From Truepera sp. (GTDB taxonomy: Bacteria > Deinococcota > Deinococci > Deinococcales > Trueperaceae): a stretch of DNA of 64,000 bases. The notes below the pieces were generated by a model. That model did not search any database, was not told where the DNA came from, and saw only the letters and a program-made list of their open reading frames with translations. The stretch is from positions 384,001 through 448,000 of the forward strand of contig CBDCKW010000005.1 of the NCBI GenBank assembly GCA_965218435.1, read 5' to 3'. Positions 61,473-64,000 of the stretch are shown piece by piece. The first letter of the stretch is position 1. The number at the start of each line of letters is the position of its first letter. A program made the position numbers and the translations under genes.

Positions 61473-62375
61473 TCAGTGGCTGACGGACATTTTGAGGAGC
61501 GCCGCATTAGTCCGGACCCAGCTCTCGAGCGTGGTCTGCTCGATAGGCAGCACTTTCAGCACCGGCTGCATATTCACCACATTGGCATCCATGGGCGCGG
61601 CCTCTCCAGCCCGTGCGCCCGCCGTAAAGGCCGCTTCGGCCTCCGGCCCCATCATGCTGCCCATGATCTTGCCGAAGGCCTCAGGGCTGACCGTCTCGAA
61701 CCGGACGGCGCGGCCCAGGCCAGCGGAAAAGCTGCGGGCGATGTCGGCCCCTGTGAGCGCCTCTGGCCCCCCCACGTCGTACGCCTGACCGGTCAGCTCC
61801 GGGTGCCCAAGCGCAGCCACGGCCAGGCGGCCCAGGTCTTCAGCAGCGATCCAAGAGGTAGGGCGGGCCTCACCTACCGGGAAGGCGATCACGTCTTCTC
61901 GCTGCAGGCGCTGAACGATCCACGGGGCCAGGAAGTTCTCCATATATGAGGTGGGCCGCAAGATGACGTTAGGCACCCCGCTCTCCCGCAGGGTGCGCTC
62001 GACGTGAATTCTAAAATCCATCATCGGCGCGCCGGTCTCTTCCTTGGGCGTCAGGCCGCTGGTGTTGAAGACCAGCAGCTTGACACCGTTGTCTCGAGCC
62101 GCCTGAATAGCATTCTGGGCGTACTCCAGCGGGTTTCCTCCGGCTGTAGACGGCAGCATCAGGAACACCTTATCTACGCCCTGGGTGGCCTGCTGCACGC
62201 TCTCCGGGTCGGCCAAATCGCCCTGGACCAGCTCAGCGCCCGCCCGCTTCAAAGCCTGATTCTTCTCGAGTTTTTTGACCAGTGCCCGGACCCGGTAGCC
62301 CTGCTGGAGAAGGTTTTGCGCGACGGGTGCGCCCTGCGCACCGCCTGCACCATAGGTTAAAACAAGTTCACTCAT
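61473..62375 (-). CDS. NmrA family NAD(P)-binding protein
   Basis: YGAGGAQG and RPTSYMEN motifs. Confidence 0.9.
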   Translation of the reverse strand: MSELVLTYGAGGAQGAPVAQNLLQQGYRVRALVKKLEKNQALKRAGAELVQGDLADPESVQQATQGVDKVFLMLPSTAGGNPLEYAQNAIQAARDNGVKLLVFNTSGLTPKEETGAPMMDFRIHVERTLRESGVPNVILRPTSYMENFLAPWIVQRLQREDVIAFPVGEARPTSWIAAEDLGRLAVAALGHPELTGQAYDVGGPEALTGADIARSFSAGLGRAVRFETVSPEAFGKIMGSMMGPEAEAAFTAGARAGEAAPMDANVVNMQPVLKVLPIEQTTLESWVRTNAALLKMSVSH

Positions 62376-62499
62376 TATAAACTCCCTAAAACTTTAAGAC
62401 TTTTGCGTCAGCTCCCCGTAAGAAGGGGACTGAATGTGGGAAACGGTTGGGACCATTGGACACTCGGCCTGTTTAGTGCACTGCTGTTGGTGGGCTGCT

Positions 62500-63588
62500 T
62501 TAGTTCACCGCACCCAAAGCCGGATAGTCGGTGTAGCCCTGAGGACCCTCGCCGTACATGGTGGCTTGGTCAGGCGTGTTTAGCGGGGCGTCCTCACGGT
62601 AACGCTCAACTAGATCGGGGTTGGCGAGGAACGGCACGCCGAACGACACCAGGTCGGCGGTGCCCGCTGCTAGGACGGCGTTGCCCTTAGCTTTGTCGAA
62701 GCCGCCATTGGCGATCAGGGGCACGGAGATGAGGGGGCGGAAGGCTTCGGCGACGTGTTCGACTTGAACGGTGTTGGTCTGGACGTCACCCGCGTTCGGC
62801 TCCATCAGGTGTAAGTACCCCACATGCATGGCACCAAGCTGGGTGATGATGTGCCCGAAGGTGCCCTGCGCGTCACGGTCGAACATGCCGTGGTGGCGGT
62901 TGGAGGGGGATAACTTGACGCCGACCCGCTCGGGTCCCCAGACGCCGATCATGGCCTCGAGTACTTCCAACAGAAAACGGGCGCGGTTCTGCACCGAGCC
63001 GCCGTAACGGTCGGTGCGCGTGTTGCTGCCGTCTTGCAGGAACTGGTCGGGCAGGTAGCCGAAGGCCCCATGCAGCTCCACACCGTCGAAGCCAGCGTCC
63101 TTGGCGTGCTGGGCGGCTCGGCCAAAGTCCTCGACGATGCCGGGAATTTCAGCCGTTTCCAGCGCACGCGGTACCGGGTACGCGGCGGGGCCGCTGGGCA
63201 GGTAGAACTGGCCCGACGCGGCGATGGCCGAGGGTGCCACCGGCAGCTCGCCGCCTCGGATGTCCGGGTGGGATACCCGGCCACTGTGCCAGAGCTGGTT
63301 GTAGATGCGCCCGCCCGCAGCGTGAACGGCGTCCGTGATCATGCGCCAGCCGTCCACCTGGTCTTGGCGGTGCAGGCCGGGCGCGCGGATGATGCCGTGA
63401 CCCTGGTCGGAGACCTGGGTACACTCGGTGACGATCAGCCCGGCAGACGCCCGCTGCACGTAGTAGTCGCGCATCAGTTCGGTGGGCACGCCGTCTTCGG
63501 TGGCGCGGGTGCGGGTCATGGGGGCCATCACCAGGCGGTTGGGTAGGTATAGGCCGTGCAGGTCAAAAGGATCGAACAGGGTGTTCAT
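62500..63588 (-). CDS. Alkene reductase (old yellow enzyme, NemA-like)
   Basis: MAPMTR, ELHGAFGYL, RTDRYGGS and GYTDYP motifs. Confidence 0.95.
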   Translation of the reverse strand: MNTLFDPFDLHGLYLPNRLVMAPMTRTRATEDGVPTELMRDYYVQRASAGLIVTECTQVSDQGHGIIRAPGLHRQDQVDGWRMITDAVHAAGGRIYNQLWHSGRVSHPDIRGGELPVAPSAIAASGQFYLPSGPAAYPVPRALETAEIPGIVEDFGRAAQHAKDAGFDGVELHGAFGYLPDQFLQDGSNTRTDRYGGSVQNRARFLLEVLEAMIGVWGPERVGVKLSPSNRHHGMFDRDAQGTFGHIITQLGAMHVGYLHLMEPNAGDVQTNTVQVEHVAEAFRPLISVPLIANGGFDKAKGNAVLAAGTADLVSFGVPFLANPDLVERYREDAPLNTPDQATMYGEGPQGYTDYPALGAVN

Positions 63589-63706
63589 GCGTACTCCTGT
63601 CAAGGGGTCAAGATAGCGTCAGGCTTGGTTTTCCGAGCGTCCTGCCGAGCGGGCTTGAGGCGAGTGGGTCTGGGAGTGGTGCCGAGGGGTAGAAGGGGTG
63701 TAGGCC

Positions 63707-64000
63707 CTACTTGAAGAAGCGGCTCAACCGCTCCGACACCCAGGCGGGATTGTCCTCGGCGTAGGTATGGCCGCTGTTCGGGACCACATCGGCCTCGACC
63801 TGGGCCGCGACCTGCTGCGCCCCAGCGAGCGGCTGCGTGGGCGGCAGGCCCCGGTCGCCGTTCAGGACCAGCACAGGCATGGTCAGCTTGCTCTTGAAGC
63901 GAGCGCGGTTTTCCTGGCCGTCGTCCAGCAGTGTCTCGTAATGCCGGAACCCGGCCCGCATCCCGCCAGCGGCGAGGTAATGCGGCAGATAGATGTTTTT
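63707..64000 (-). CDS. Alpha/beta hydrolase (epoxide hydrolase-like), 5' end outside window
   Basis: GGMRAGF..Y, MPVL and SGH..AEDNP motifs. Confidence 0.75.
   Translation of the reverse strand, partial: KNIYLPHYLAAGGMRAGFRHYETLLDDGQENRARFKSKLTMPVLVLNGDRGLPPTQPLAGAQQVAAQVEADVVPNSGHTYAEDNPAWVSERLSRFFK

Noticed and set aside
1..64000. tRNA, rRNA, integron integrase, reverse transcriptase or known anti-phage systems
   Set aside because: No supporting motifs seen in the sequence or the ORF track.

Overview
A mid-GC bacterial window, probably Deinococcota (Trueperaceae-like). That assignment is inferred from the OppA type, a DdrA/Rad52-like gene, leaderless starts and the IS repertoire. Bases 1-10.1 kb hold mostly intact genes: four alpha/beta hydrolases, DoxX, LysR, NIPSNAP and oppABC. 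The rest is a heavily decayed accessory mosaic. It contains higBA with a Rad52/HD-nucleotidase/Toprim-primase module, many TetR/MarR-oxidoreductase pairs, a P450, a frameshifted type III PKS, AlkA/AlkB repair genes, a DUF5131 gene, vapBC and more than a dozen IS3/IS5/IS630/IS982 elements or remnants. I found no rRNA, tRNA or CRISPR array. Three signals are not explained by the gene list. (1) A family of ~40-bp double-hairpin insertions with compensatory base changes; three copies interrupt transposase reading frames. (2) The palindrome CTCGAG is strongly over-represented, and two opposite-strand gene fusions break exactly at it. (3) Integron attC-like sites bracket a VOC gene, with no integron integrase in the window. 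All calls were made by eye from motifs and translation; no database searches were run.
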